The notes beneath the pieces are model-generated. The model ran no database searches, had not been told where the DNA came from, and saw only the letters and a list, made by a program, of their open reading frames with translations. The translations under genes and the position numbers were made by a program. Positions 12,727-23,247 of a stretch of DNA of 64,000 nucleotides are shown here, in pieces. The stretch comes from Selaginella moellendorffii (Eukaryota > Plantae > Lycopodiophyta), in NCBI RefSeq assembly GCF_000143415.4, contig NW_003314371.1, forward strand, positions 472,788 through 536,787, read 5' to 3'. Position 1 is the first letter of the stretch, and the number at the start of each line of letters is the position of its first letter.

Positions 12727-15125
12727 ATGGTGACTAAACTCATGAAAGCAAAACAGGTAAGCTCCTCCTCTCTCGTCCTCTGCTTTTGATTATCGTGGGC
12801 TCCAAGTTCCTGCAGAAGCGCATGAAGGAAAGCCCGTATTACATCGGGCACAACACTACGACCAAACGCGCAGAGATCTCTCCCTATTCGGTGGACGTGG
12901 AGGATATCTATGAGACCCTCTACGTAAAGCAGAATGGAGGAGGAACAGCTGATCACTCGCCATACATCGCCACCCATGAGGAGGGAGAAAACATCCCCGA
13001 CTTCATCCACATCAACCTGGAGAATGAAACTCCATCTCTACCCAAGCTGAGCAGGCAATACAGCACGAAGCAGCACTCGATCACGAATGCCTCGCAGGCT
13101 GCTAGTGACACTTTCGAGCGAGGGGGAGAAATCCACTCACGCTTCGAGCTCAGCATCGATCAGGCCGACGCCTCAAACTCTTCGTCCACCATCGGCAGAG
13201 CTCCACCAGTCTCGTCCGAGAGCTTTGAGGCTGTGTTTAGGCCGAGGAACAACGTCAGCCGGCTGCTCACGAGCTGTGCCATGAGCAGCACCCGGAATGC
13301 TCTCACCGTCTCGGGTGTGGCCGCGGCTTTCTACAACGGGGGATGGCTCCCTCCAGCTCCAGCACCCGATCATAACGTTCTTGGGATCAACGAGTTTATC
13401 GCCGAGGTGAGAGGCGAGATTGAGTCCGGATTGCCAGGACGCTCCTTGACTGTCGTCCTCGGCAGCTATTTCCCAGGTGATGGTTACACTTACGAGCTGG
13501 TTTTCTCTGTAGCTCTTCATTGTGGTTGTTTATCAGACCTGGATTCTGTGGTTTCAACGATTGCTTACGCTTACTTCCTTCACACCAAGCGAGAATCACA
13601 AAACCAATGCATTGTACCCGTCGTCAACATGAAGAGGAGTGATCTCCAAATCCACACGGAAATAGATTGGCTGTTTAAGGCAGTGCAGCTCGATGTCGAG
13701 TCCCTCGTTTTCTCGGATGAAGTGTGTTGTTGCCATCCTTTTTTATTTCCTTGATTTTTTATTCTTTTGTGTTGCCAGATTAGCTTAACGTATTACCATC
13801 GATTTGGTAATCTCAGGCTTGTCTTAGTGGATCATAACAAGCTCGAACCCGTCCATGAGGTACGTAATTTCAAAATATTTTATGTTTTGAATTTCAAGTT
13901 TGTCACGCAGAGCTTAGGTGATGTGATCGTTGAAACGCTTGAACACAGCATGGTACTATAGATAATTAACTGTACTACAAAACTAATATTCTTTTCACTT
14001 TTAGTTTCAGACAGAAAATAAGATCCCACAGGTGCTTCTGGCTTGATCTTTGTTTTTATTACAAAATGGTTTTGTGATTTCTGGCTTTTCTATCATATGA
14101 AAGGTTGGCTCGTTGTGCACTTTGGTCGCGGAGAAATTCGCCTCCGAGGCTCCCAAGCTTTTACAAGGAAGAGGTTTGAGTCGACTTTTGGTAATGAGCT
14201 ACAAATCCATGTCCGAGCTTTGTCTGATGGAAAAATGTGTGTAGCTCGCTGGAATTTTGATCGACACTTGCAACCTTGACTTGTCCATTGGCCAGTGCTC
14301 AAGCAGAGACGTCGCCATGGCAACTCTGCTCTTGAATGGGGCGGGACGCTATGGTCGCAATGGTTTCTTCAAAATGCGTAAGTATGCTTTACTTCCGTGC
14401 TCCTCCTCTCATGATGTTTCACTTCGTCTCGTCAGTCCGGAAGAGAGTATCAGATTTGTCCGTGTTGAGCCCCAGGGAGATTCTCAACAAACAGATCGAA
14501 GTCTGGACTTCGGCAGCAGGTTTGCATATGTTTGTCTATGTACTTGTTTGATCGGTTTCGATTCGTTCATGGCCTGCAGGTAGCTCGGGAAGAATAGCAA
14601 GGATCGGGATGTGCTCCATGGGCATTGCTTTGAGCAGGTTCCTCACTGTTGAAACGGGAGTTTCCGACGAGCTCGTCCACCTCCAAAGTAACTTTTTCGG
14701 TTCTTGTTCTTTTGGTTTCAAGGGTGACATGAAAACGTTCAACAGGATCCAAAAAACTTGACATCTTGCTGGTTCTTACGAGCTACTATGACAAATCCGA
14801 CAAGTTTAAGGTGCTGCTCTTCTTTTTTTTTTTTTTTTTTTTTTTTTGCAAGTATAAATAATCTCCTTGTGACCAGCGCGAGCTTCTCATAGCCACTGAG
14901 GGCGAAGGACTGCTCCAAACACTAGTCGAATCTTACAACACCGCAGCACTGCAGCTCCACCCGATGGATATCATAGGCAGGAAAAAAAAAATCTTTATTT
15001 TTTTGCTCTAACACTTCTGTCATGAAGGATTGGGGCCATACACAAAGGCGTTTTCGCAAGGAAATATCACCATTTCTGGAGCTCAAGTTCGTCACATCAC
15101 TAAAGGCCTTTTCAGCAGTTGCTGA
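12727..15125 (+). CDS. PRUNE/PPX1-like DHH-family exopolyphosphatase with long N-terminal extension, multi-exon
   Basis: DLDSVVSTIAYAY, IVPVVNMKRSDL, LVLVDHNKL, VGSLCTLVAE, AGILIDTCNL, LDILLVLTSYYD, RELLI. The inferred last exon ends KGLFSSC* at 15125. Confidence 0.8.
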
Positions 15126-17214
15126 GTTGAGTTTTTTGTGGATTCTTTCTAAAAGCTGATAAAGTTTCACTGAAATGAGATATGCATTTTTCCTTGTCGG
15201 CATCCATGTGCACAGGCTTCGCAAGCATCACGAGCGCAGCCGGGTTGCCAGGACTGAGCTTGAGAATCTCTTTTGCTGCTCTGTTTATCTGAGAAGAATC
15301 GGTAGAGCTCCTGAGCAGGGACATCCAGTCGAGCGCATCAGCCTCGTAAGGCATGCTCCACACGAGCTCCTCGGCCTCACGAAAGTATTTCGCTCGGGAA
15401 AGCAAGTCCACCATGCACGAGTAGTGCTGCTTGCTGGCTTCGAGGCCGTAGTCGAAGCTCATGGACGCAAAAAAAGACTTTCCAGAGTAGAGCTTGCCAT
15501 CGTGACTGCACGCAATGAGCACGGACGCAAAGCACGCGTCGTTGGGAGTATTCACCAAGTTGATCGAGCAAAAAATCCGCGGAGCTTCGCCCCAGCGGCC
15601 ACTATGGCAGTAGGCCGCGAGGAGAGATCCCCACGACACAACGTCGTCGCTCTCTGGCTTGCGATGGAACAGTCGACGAGCACTCGCGAGGTAGCCGAGC
15701 TGAGCGTAGGCCGCGAGCATCACGTTCCAGCACACAGTGTCCCGCTGGGGAATCACGTCGAAAACTTCTCTTGCCTCTCGGATCTGCCCGCTTCGAATGT
15801 AAGCCACGAGCAAGCAAGTCCACGAGACGATGTTTGGCTGCTCGCCACCGGGTATGGAATCCAGAACTCTCTTCGAATCGCGGGCATGGCCTTTGTTAGA
15901 GTACGCGGACAGAAGAGCTGTCCAGGAAACCAAGCTCCGCTCCGGCATCTCGGTGAAGGCCTTTCTAGCCTCCTCGATATGCCCTCTCCGGGCATACGCA
16001 TCCAGCCTCGTGTTCCATGAGACGAGGTCTCGCTCCGGCATCGCCGAAAACATGGCTTCCACGGCTTCCATCTCCACGTTTTCGCAGCGAGCAAGCGCCG
16101 CGACCATGGAGTTCCAGGACACAATGTTCCTCTGTGGCATTCGCCGGAACACGGCTCTTGCTCTCTCGATATGCCCGATCTGGGCATATCCACTCAGCAA
16201 GGAGTTCCAGGACACGAGATTACGCTCTATCATCTCATCAAATGTGAGCTCTAGAGCCTCAATAATTCCAGCCCGTGCATAGAGCGCTAGCATGCAATTG
16301 CCAGAGACTAGATCGTGGAAGGGCATTCGGGTGCTAAAGAAAATCTCAGCTTTGTGGTGGAGCGCGCTTTGGGAGTACGCTGCCAGCATAGAGTTCCAAG
16401 AGACGATGTCGCGCTCCTCCATTTCAGCGAATACACGAGCCGCCTTCTCGACTTCCCGTGCCTGAACAAATGCCGCAAGCAAAGAGTTCCACGAAACCAA
16501 ATCCCTCTCTGGCATCATCGTATAAAACATTATCACTGCTTGATCTATGCCTTTCGAGGAATACGCGGATAGAAGGCAATTCCACGAGAACATATTCCTT
16601 TCTGGCATTGTATCAAACACCTCCTTGGCCTCTTCCAAATGCCCAGACTGGGCAAGTGCCGAGACTATTAACGTTCCAGACACTAAGTCCCTTGATGGCA
16701 TTTCGTCATAGATTCTTTTGGCATCGAGAATCATCTTGCTTCCACAGTAAGCAGCTAGCATTGACGTCCATGAGACCATGTCCCTCATGGGCATCTCGTC
16801 AAATATTTTCTTTGCAGATTCAATGTGGCCGTTCTGGGCATAAGCAGAGAGCAGTGATGTCCACGACACCAAGTCATGCTCCGGACTTTGGACAAAAACC
16901 CTCCAAGCATCGACCAGTTGCCCATTCTTGAGGTAAGCATCCAGCATCAAGTACCAGGAGAAAGCATCTTTGGAATCGATGGAATCAAAAACTTGTCGTG
17001 CTAGAGCAGGACTTCCAACACGTCCGTACATGCGAATGAGCTTGTTGTGGATCCGAACGTCCACCGCAGTGTGGATTTTGCCAAGAGTGTGGCTACTGAT
17101 GTACTGGTGGATGTTCCTGGCATCGTCTAACCCATTGCAAGAATCGATGAGCTTGAAACACTCGTTCCTATTGAAGTTGCCACCCTTGATGAGCTCCACA
17201 CAAGTTCTACACAT
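15112..17214 (-). CDS. PLS-class pentatricopeptide repeat protein with E-domain-like C-terminus (intronless, 700 aa)
   Basis: Many 31-aa S-type repeats (..FDEMPERDLVSWNSLLxAY..), then FASVLIACSHDG and HYSCMVDLLSRA..EAEELV.SMPYE. Confidence 0.92.
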   Translation of the reverse strand: MCRTCVELIKGGNFNRNECFKLIDSCNGLDDARNIHQYISSHTLGKIHTAVDVRIHNKLIRMYGRVGSPALARQVFDSIDSKDAFSWYLMLDAYLKNGQLVDAWRVFVQSPEHDLVSWTSLLSAYAQNGHIESAKKIFDEMPMRDMVSWTSMLAAYCGSKMILDAKRIYDEMPSRDLVSGTLIVSALAQSGHLEEAKEVFDTMPERNMFSWNCLLSAYSSKGIDQAVIMFYTMMPERDLVSWNSLLAAFVQAREVEKAARVFAEMEERDIVSWNSMLAAYSQSALHHKAEIFFSTRMPFHDLVSGNCMLALYARAGIIEALELTFDEMIERNLVSWNSLLSGYAQIGHIERARAVFRRMPQRNIVSWNSMVAALARCENVEMEAVEAMFSAMPERDLVSWNTRLDAYARRGHIEEARKAFTEMPERSLVSWTALLSAYSNKGHARDSKRVLDSIPGGEQPNIVSWTCLLVAYIRSGQIREAREVFDVIPQRDTVCWNVMLAAYAQLGYLASARRLFHRKPESDDVVSWGSLLAAYCHSGRWGEAPRIFCSINLVNTPNDACFASVLIACSHDGKLYSGKSFFASMSFDYGLEASKQHYSCMVDLLSRAKYFREAEELVWSMPYEADALDWMSLLRSSTDSSQINRAAKEILKLSPGNPAALVMLAKPVHMDADKEKCISHFSETLSAFRKNPQKTQLSNC

Positions 17215-17272
17215 CAGAAAACTTGAAAGCTTTATTTCGGTTTGTGGATCTTATCATGCTTCATCGCAAGAT

Positions 17273-18355
17273 CTACAGAACAATCCAAATTCCATGACCA
17301 GACTCGCCATCATTCACTCCATAACGAGAACTAATGAAGTGGAACTTGAGGTTGTTTGGAACGCACAGCTTGAGGATCTGAAGGTAGCTCACAAGCTCGG
17401 CATTGCCAGAAGCCACAGCGTTCCTCATCACAACGTCGTAGTAATGCGTCACCTCGCGTTCCTTCTCCTGGATCATTGCACAGGTTCTGTCCACCGATTC
17501 CTGGAACGTGTTGATACTGGGATCCAAGAGCAACTGCAAGGACGCGATGCTTCTCAGTGGCTTTTTGGCGCGCAGCTCCGCGGGGAAGGAGATAACGTCG
17601 TTGACAAGGAGGACGTGATCGTTGATGGCGTTCTGGAGCGCCAGGTAGTCCCGCGACTCCAAATCGCTGTCTGGGAGCGCAATCTCCAGCGACATCTCGA
17701 TGAATGGGAAGCAGGGGAGGAGGAAGCAATCGAGCCTCCTGCGGGCCAAGTAGCTCTCGACCGTCGACGCCGATTGTGCTAGAGAAAGGACGCTCCGGTC
17801 CATGAAGGCAGCGTAGGCCTCCATCTGCGCGACCCAGTGCGCGTACACCCGGGGAGCCATGGATGATCGCAGGCGCGGAATGAGGTCCGCGCAGAACTCG
17901 AGCGATGGATGGACTGGATCGCGATGTGGGTGTGTCCCATGGAGGATGCCCTGGAAGGTCTCCAGGAACTCCTCCCGGGGGGCGCCACCGGGGGACTCGT
18001 CCTCGAGGAGATCATCCAGCATGGTTCCAAACCACGCGAACTTGCCGCAGAGGACGGCGCTTTCGGTGGATCCGCACAGCACGAGCATGCTCATGTAGAG
18101 CGGGATTCGCATGCGCTCCAGGGAGAGCTTTTGGGCATCGCTCATGCTGGGATTGATGAATGGGAATGCCCACTCGTTCGCGAGCTTGGCAACCAGCTTG
18201 TGGTCGGGATCCCAGGCGCTGGAGGGGATGGAGCAGCGAATGGGCGGCAAATAGAACCTCTTTAGCCCCAGGTGGTGTTCCATGGCGGGAATCTTCTCCA
18301 CAACAAATGCCATGACCATTAGGGGATCGTGGAGGAGGACATTTATAGTCACCAT
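17273..18355 (-). CDS. MTPSL: Microbial terpene synthase-like protein (MTPSL), copy 1, intact and intronless; true start probably a downstream ATG
   Basis: Single ~350-aa alpha-domain class I terpene synthase with DDLLED, NSE/DTE-like NDVISFPAE and C-terminal FHFISSRY. No plant-TPS beta/gamma domains. Confidence 0.9.
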   Translation of the reverse strand: MVTINVLLHDPLMVMAFVVEKIPAMEHHLGLKRFYLPPIRCSIPSSAWDPDHKLVAKLANEWAFPFINPSMSDAQKLSLERMRIPLYMSMLVLCGSTESAVLCGKFAWFGTMLDDLLEDESPGGAPREEFLETFQGILHGTHPHRDPVHPSLEFCADLIPRLRSSMAPRVYAHWVAQMEAYAAFMDRSVLSLAQSASTVESYLARRRLDCFLLPCFPFIEMSLEIALPDSDLESRDYLALQNAINDHVLLVNDVISFPAELRAKKPLRSIASLQLLLDPSINTFQESVDRTCAMIQEKEREVTHYYDVVMRNAVASGNAELVSYLQILKLCVPNNLKFHFISSRYGVNDGESGHGIWIVL

Positions 18356-18406
18356 GGCAAAGTTCGTTTCGAGAAATGCATAATGCAGTAGCTTTCACTT
18401 ACGTGG

Positions 18407-18568
18407 CTACCCCCTTGCCACGTTCATTCTTCGCTCTCTCTGGTACATGATGTTGTGACGCGCGCCAGGAAACCTGGTATGGGGTACCTTGTCCAGGATG
18501 AGCGCAAGAACAGCGTCCGGTAGGCTGTCAATGGTGGTGCCCTGAAGATGTGGACCTTGGACGTCCAT
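18407..18568 (-). pseudogene. F-box-like gene fragment inside a ~460 bp insertion (18360-18820) unique to duplicate copy 1
   Basis: Reverse strand reads MDVQGPHLQGTTIDSLPDAVLALILDKVP..*; LPDxxLxxIL is F-box-like. The flanks atggca|gacttt are contiguous in copy 2 (~24330). Confidence 0.5.
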
Positions 18569-18911
18569 CCGGTTAGAATTTCCCTAGCCATGATCCTTTA
18601 TCCTTTATCCTTTATAGCGTCGCTAAATATTAATTTGTCATGCTTAATCACGCCCAGCCCTAAATGGTTAACGATTAAATTTAAATGAGCTATAATTTAT
18701 AACTATAGCTTATACTTTTTGTGATCTTATTGAGAGAATTAACAATATACTAGAAAATCCAAATAAAAGGGGGTGCTGAATTGTGCATTCTACCCCACTG
18801 GACATTGCTAATGGAGTATCGACTTTGTACTGAATGCTTGAAAATTCTATCGCAGTGGCTGGAATATTGAAAGAAAAGTTTCATGCTCGTGTTTTCTCAC
18901 CCCTCATTGAG

Positions 18912-19720
18912 ATGGATCCCACACTTGGTGTCGTTGTAAGCTCTCTCCTCCTTTTTATCCTGGCCGTCGTGATAATCAGCTACAAATCCAGAGTGACTTC
19001 TCCACCAGGGCCATGGGGATTGCCCTTGATTGGCCACCTCCACTTGCTAGCGGGAATGCCATTCCACCAAGCGCTGCAATCCATGTCACACCATTGTGCG
19101 CCAGCCATGGGCAGGCGCTGGATTTGAGGAAGACCCTGTCGGTGTTCATATTCAACAGCATAACCGGCTCCATCATGAGCAAACGGTACCTCAGCCACGA
19201 GCAACTTCGTGCCTTGGTACTTGAGATGGCTTGACTGGAAGACTCCGGGATTGAGACGCCTTCATGCAAAGCTGGATAAGTTCTTGCAAATGGTTGTGGA
19301 AGAACACAAGAAGAGCACCCGAGAGAAGAAGGACTTCCTTGACATCCTGCTCAAGGCTTTCGGAGAGGAGGAAGCTTATGCAAAAGCTAATCTGTTGGTA
19401 CGTGCGTGAGGATGAAGGACAAGATAGTGCTTCTGATATTCACATTCTTTCTTTCAGGAATTGATGGTGGCAGGAACTGAAACTTCCGTCACTGGGACCG
19501 AGTGGCTCATGGCAGCTGATCCAGGAGCCCCGGATCCTGAAAAGAGCCCAGCCAGAGCCTCACAATGCCGTGAGCAACAGGCGGATGGTGCAAGAATCAG
19601 ACCTCTTCAAGCTCGGCTACCTCGACGCCATCATCAAGGAGTCACTCAGGCGCTACCCAATAGTCCCGATCCACATCCACGAGTGCCAAGGACAAGCTAC
19701 GACGTCCCAAAAGGAACCAT
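18912..19720 (+). pseudogene. Cytochrome P450 pseudogene, a deleted and truncated copy of the 24536-26110 gene
   Basis: PPGPWGLPLIGHLHLLA, VPWYLRWLDW, AGTETS and KESLRRYP remain, but with large internal deletions and frameshifts. The sequence switches into PRUNE at ~19721, before the heme motif. Confidence 0.88.
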
Positions 19721-21170
19721 CAGTGCAGCTCGATGTCGAGTCCCTTGTTTTCTTGGATGAAGTGTGTTGTTGCCATCCTTTTTTATTTCCTTGATTTTTT
19801 ATTCTTTTGTGTTGCCAGATTACCTTAACGTATTACCATCGATTTGGTAATCTCAGGCTTGTCTTAGTGGATCATAACAAGCTCGAACCCGTCCACGCGG
19901 TACTTAATTTCAAAATATTTTTATGTTTTGATTTTCAAGATTGTCGGGCAGAGCTTAAGTGATGTGATCGTAGAAACGCTTGAACACAGCATGGTACTAT
20001 AGATAATTAACTGTACTACGAAACTAATATTCTTCTCACTTTTACTTTCAGACTGAAAATAAGATCCCCCAGGTGCTTCTGGCTTGATCTTTGTTTTTAT
20101 TACAAAATGATTTCGCGATTTTTCTCTTTTCTATCATATGAAAGGTTGGCTCGTGCTGCACTTTGGTCGCGGAGAAATTCGCCTCCGAGGCTCCCAAGCT
20201 TTTACAAGAGGCTTGAGTCGACTTTTGGTAATGAGCTACAAATCCATGTCCGAGCTTTGTCTGATGGAAAAATGTGTATAGCTCGCTGGAATTTTGATCG
20301 ACACTTGCAACCTTGACTTGTCCATTGGCCAGTGCTCAAGCAGAGACGTCGCCATGGCAACTCTGCTTTTGAATGGGGCGGGACGCTATGATCGCAATGG
20401 TTTCTTCAAAATGCGTAAGTATGCTTTACTTCCGTGCTCCTCCTCTCATGATGTTTCACTTCGTCTCGTCAGTCCGGAAGAGAGTATCAGACTTGTCCGT
20501 GTTGAGCCCCAGGGAGATTCTCAACAAACAGATCGAAGTCTGGACTTCGGCAGCAGGTTTGCATATGTTTGTCTATGTACTTGTTTGATCGGTTTCGATT
20601 CGTTCATGGCCTGCAGGTAGCTCGGGAAGAATAGCAAGGATCGGGATGTGCTCCATGGGCATTGCTTTGAGCAGGTTCCTCACTGTTGAAACGGGAGTTT
20701 CCGACGAGTTCCTCCACCTCCAAAGTAAAAATTTCGGTTCTTCTTCTTTTGGTTTCAAGGATGACATGAAAACGTTCAACAGGATCCAAAAAACTTGACA
20801 TCTTGCTGCTTCTTACGAGCTACTATGACAAATCCGACAAGTTTAAGGTGCTGCTCTTTTTTTCTTTTTCTTTTTTTTTTTGCAAGTATAAATAATCTCC
20901 TTGTGACCAGCGCGAGCTTCTCATAGTCACTTAGGGCGAAGGACTGCTCCAAACACTAGTCGAATCTTACAACACCGCAGCACTGCAGCTCCACCCGATG
21001 GATTTCATAGGCAGGAAGAAAAAATTCTCTTTTTTTTGCACTAACACTTCTGTCATGCAGGATTGGGGCCATACACAAAGGCGTTTTCCCAAGGAAATAT
21101 CACCATTTCTGGAGCTCAAGTTCGTCACATCACTAAAGGCCTTTTCACGAGGCAGAGTTGAGTTTTTTGT
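19721..21170 (+). pseudogene. 5'-truncated duplicate of the PRUNE-like gene
   Basis: Near-identical to 13682-15140. It lacks the N-terminal exons and the DxD motif and carries small indels. Confidence 0.88.
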
Positions 21171-21171
21171 G

Positions 21172-23189
21172 AAGCGGAGCTTGGTTTCCTGGACAACTCT
21201 CCTGTCCGCGTACTCTAACAAAGGCCATGCCCGCGATTCGAAGAGAGTTCTGGATTCCATACCCGGTGGCGAGCAGCCAAACAGCGTCTTGTGGACTTGC
21301 TTGCTCGTGGCTTACATTCGAAGCGGGCAAATCCGAGAGGCAAAAGAAGTTTTCGACGTGATTCCCCAGCGAGACACCGTGTGCTGGAACGTGATGCTCG
21401 CGGCCTACGCTCAGCTCGGCTACCTCGCGAGTGCTCGTCGACTGTTCCATCGCAAGCCAGAGAGCGACGACGTTGTGTCGTGGGGATCTCTCCTCGCGGC
21501 CTACTGCCATAGTGGCCGCTGGGGCGAAGCTCCGCGGATTTTTTGCTCGATCAACTTGGTGAATACTCCCAACGACGCGTGCTTTGCGTCCGTGCTCATT
21601 GCGTGCAGTCACGATGGCAAGCTCTACTCTGGAAAGTCTTTTTTTGCGTCCATGAGCTTCGACTACGGGCTCAAAGCCAGCAAGCAGCACTACTCGTGCA
21701 TGGTGGACTTGCTTTCCTGAGCGAAATACTTTCGTGAGGCCGAGGAGCTCGTGTGGAGCATGCCTTACGAGGCTGATGCGCTCGACTGGATGTGCCTGCT
21801 CAGGAGCTCTACCGATTCTTCCCAGATAAACAGAGCAGCAAAAGAGATTCTCAAGCTCAGTCCTGGCAACCCGGCTGCGCTCGTGATGCTTGCGAAGCCT
21901 GTGCACATGGATGCCGACAAGGAAAAATGCATATCTCATTCCAGTGAAACTTTTATGAGCTTTTAACCTCCTCGATATGCCCTCTCCGGGCATACACATC
22001 AAGCCTCGTGTTCCAGGAGACGAGGATCGCCGTAAACATGGCTTCCACGGCTTCCATATCCACGTTTTCACAGCGACCAAGCGCCGCGACCATGGAGTTC
22101 CAGGACAAATGTTCCTCTGTGGCATTCGCCGGAACACGGCTCTTGCTTTCTCGATATGCCCGATCTGGGCATATCCACTCAACAAGGAGTTCCAGGACAC
22201 GAGATTACGCTCTATCATCTCATCAAATGTGACCTCTAGAGCCTCAATGATTCCAGCCCGTGCATAGAGCGCTAGCATGCAATTGCCAGAGACTAGATCG
22301 TGGAAGGGCATTCGAGTGCTAAAGAAAATCTCAGCTTTGTGGAGGTGCGCGCTTTGGGAGTACGCTGCCAGCATAGAGTTCCAAGAGAAGATGTCACGCT
22401 CCTCCATTTCAGCGAATACACGAGCCGCCTTCTCGACTTCCCGTGCCTGAACAAAGCAAAGAGTTCCACGAAACCAAATCCCTCTCTGGCATCATCGTAT
22501 AAAAATTTATCTCTGCTTGATCTATACCTTTCGAGGAATACGCGGATAGAAGGCAATTCCACGAGAACATATTCCTTTCTGGCATTGTATCAAATACATC
22601 CTTGGCCTCTTCCAAATGCCCACCCTGGGCAAGTGCCGAGACTATTAACGTTCCGGACACAATCCCTTGATGGCATTTCGTCGTAGATACTTTTGGCATC
22701 GAGAATCATCTTGCTTCTACAGTAAGCAGCTAGCATTGACGTCCATGAGACCATGTCCCTCATGGGCATCTCGTCAAATATTTTCTTTGCAAATTCAACC
22801 TGTCCGTTCTGGGCATAAGAAGAGAGCAGTGATGTCCACGACACCAAGTCATGCTCCAGACTTTGGACAAAAACCATCCAAGCATCGACTAGTTGCCCAT
22901 TCTTGAGGTAAGCATCCAGCATCAAGTACCAGGAGAAAGCATCTTTGGAATCGATGGAATCAAAAACTTTTCGCGCTAGAGCAGGACTTCCAACACGCCC
23001 GTCCATGCGAATGAGCTTGTTGTGGATCCGAACGTCCACCGCAGTGTGGACTTTGCCAAGAGTGTGGCCGCTGATGTGCTGGTGGATGTTCTTGGCATCG
23101 TCTAACCCATTGCAAGAATCGATGAGCTTGAAACACTCGTTCCTATTGAAGTTGCCACCCTTAATGAGCTCCACACAAGTTCTACACAT
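21172..23189 (-). pseudogene. PPR pseudogene (duplicate of 15112-17214) with frameshifts and an inverted 3' part (21172-21965 now on +)
   Basis: Fragment ORFs 22590-23189(-), 22409-22699(-) and 21145-22407(-). The C-terminal part reads on + (20998-21720, 21751-21966) with a premature TGA at 21718. Confidence 0.88.
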
Positions 23190-23247
23190 CAGAAAACTTG
23201 AAAGCTTTATTTCGGTTTGTGGATCTTATCATGCTTCATCGCAAGAT

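Noticed and set aside
15175-17782. Long + strand ORFs (15175-16020, 16970-17782) and their counterparts 22945-23757 and part of 21145-22407
   Set aside because: Antisense shadows of GC-rich PPR/MTPSL coding sequence with no recognisable motifs.
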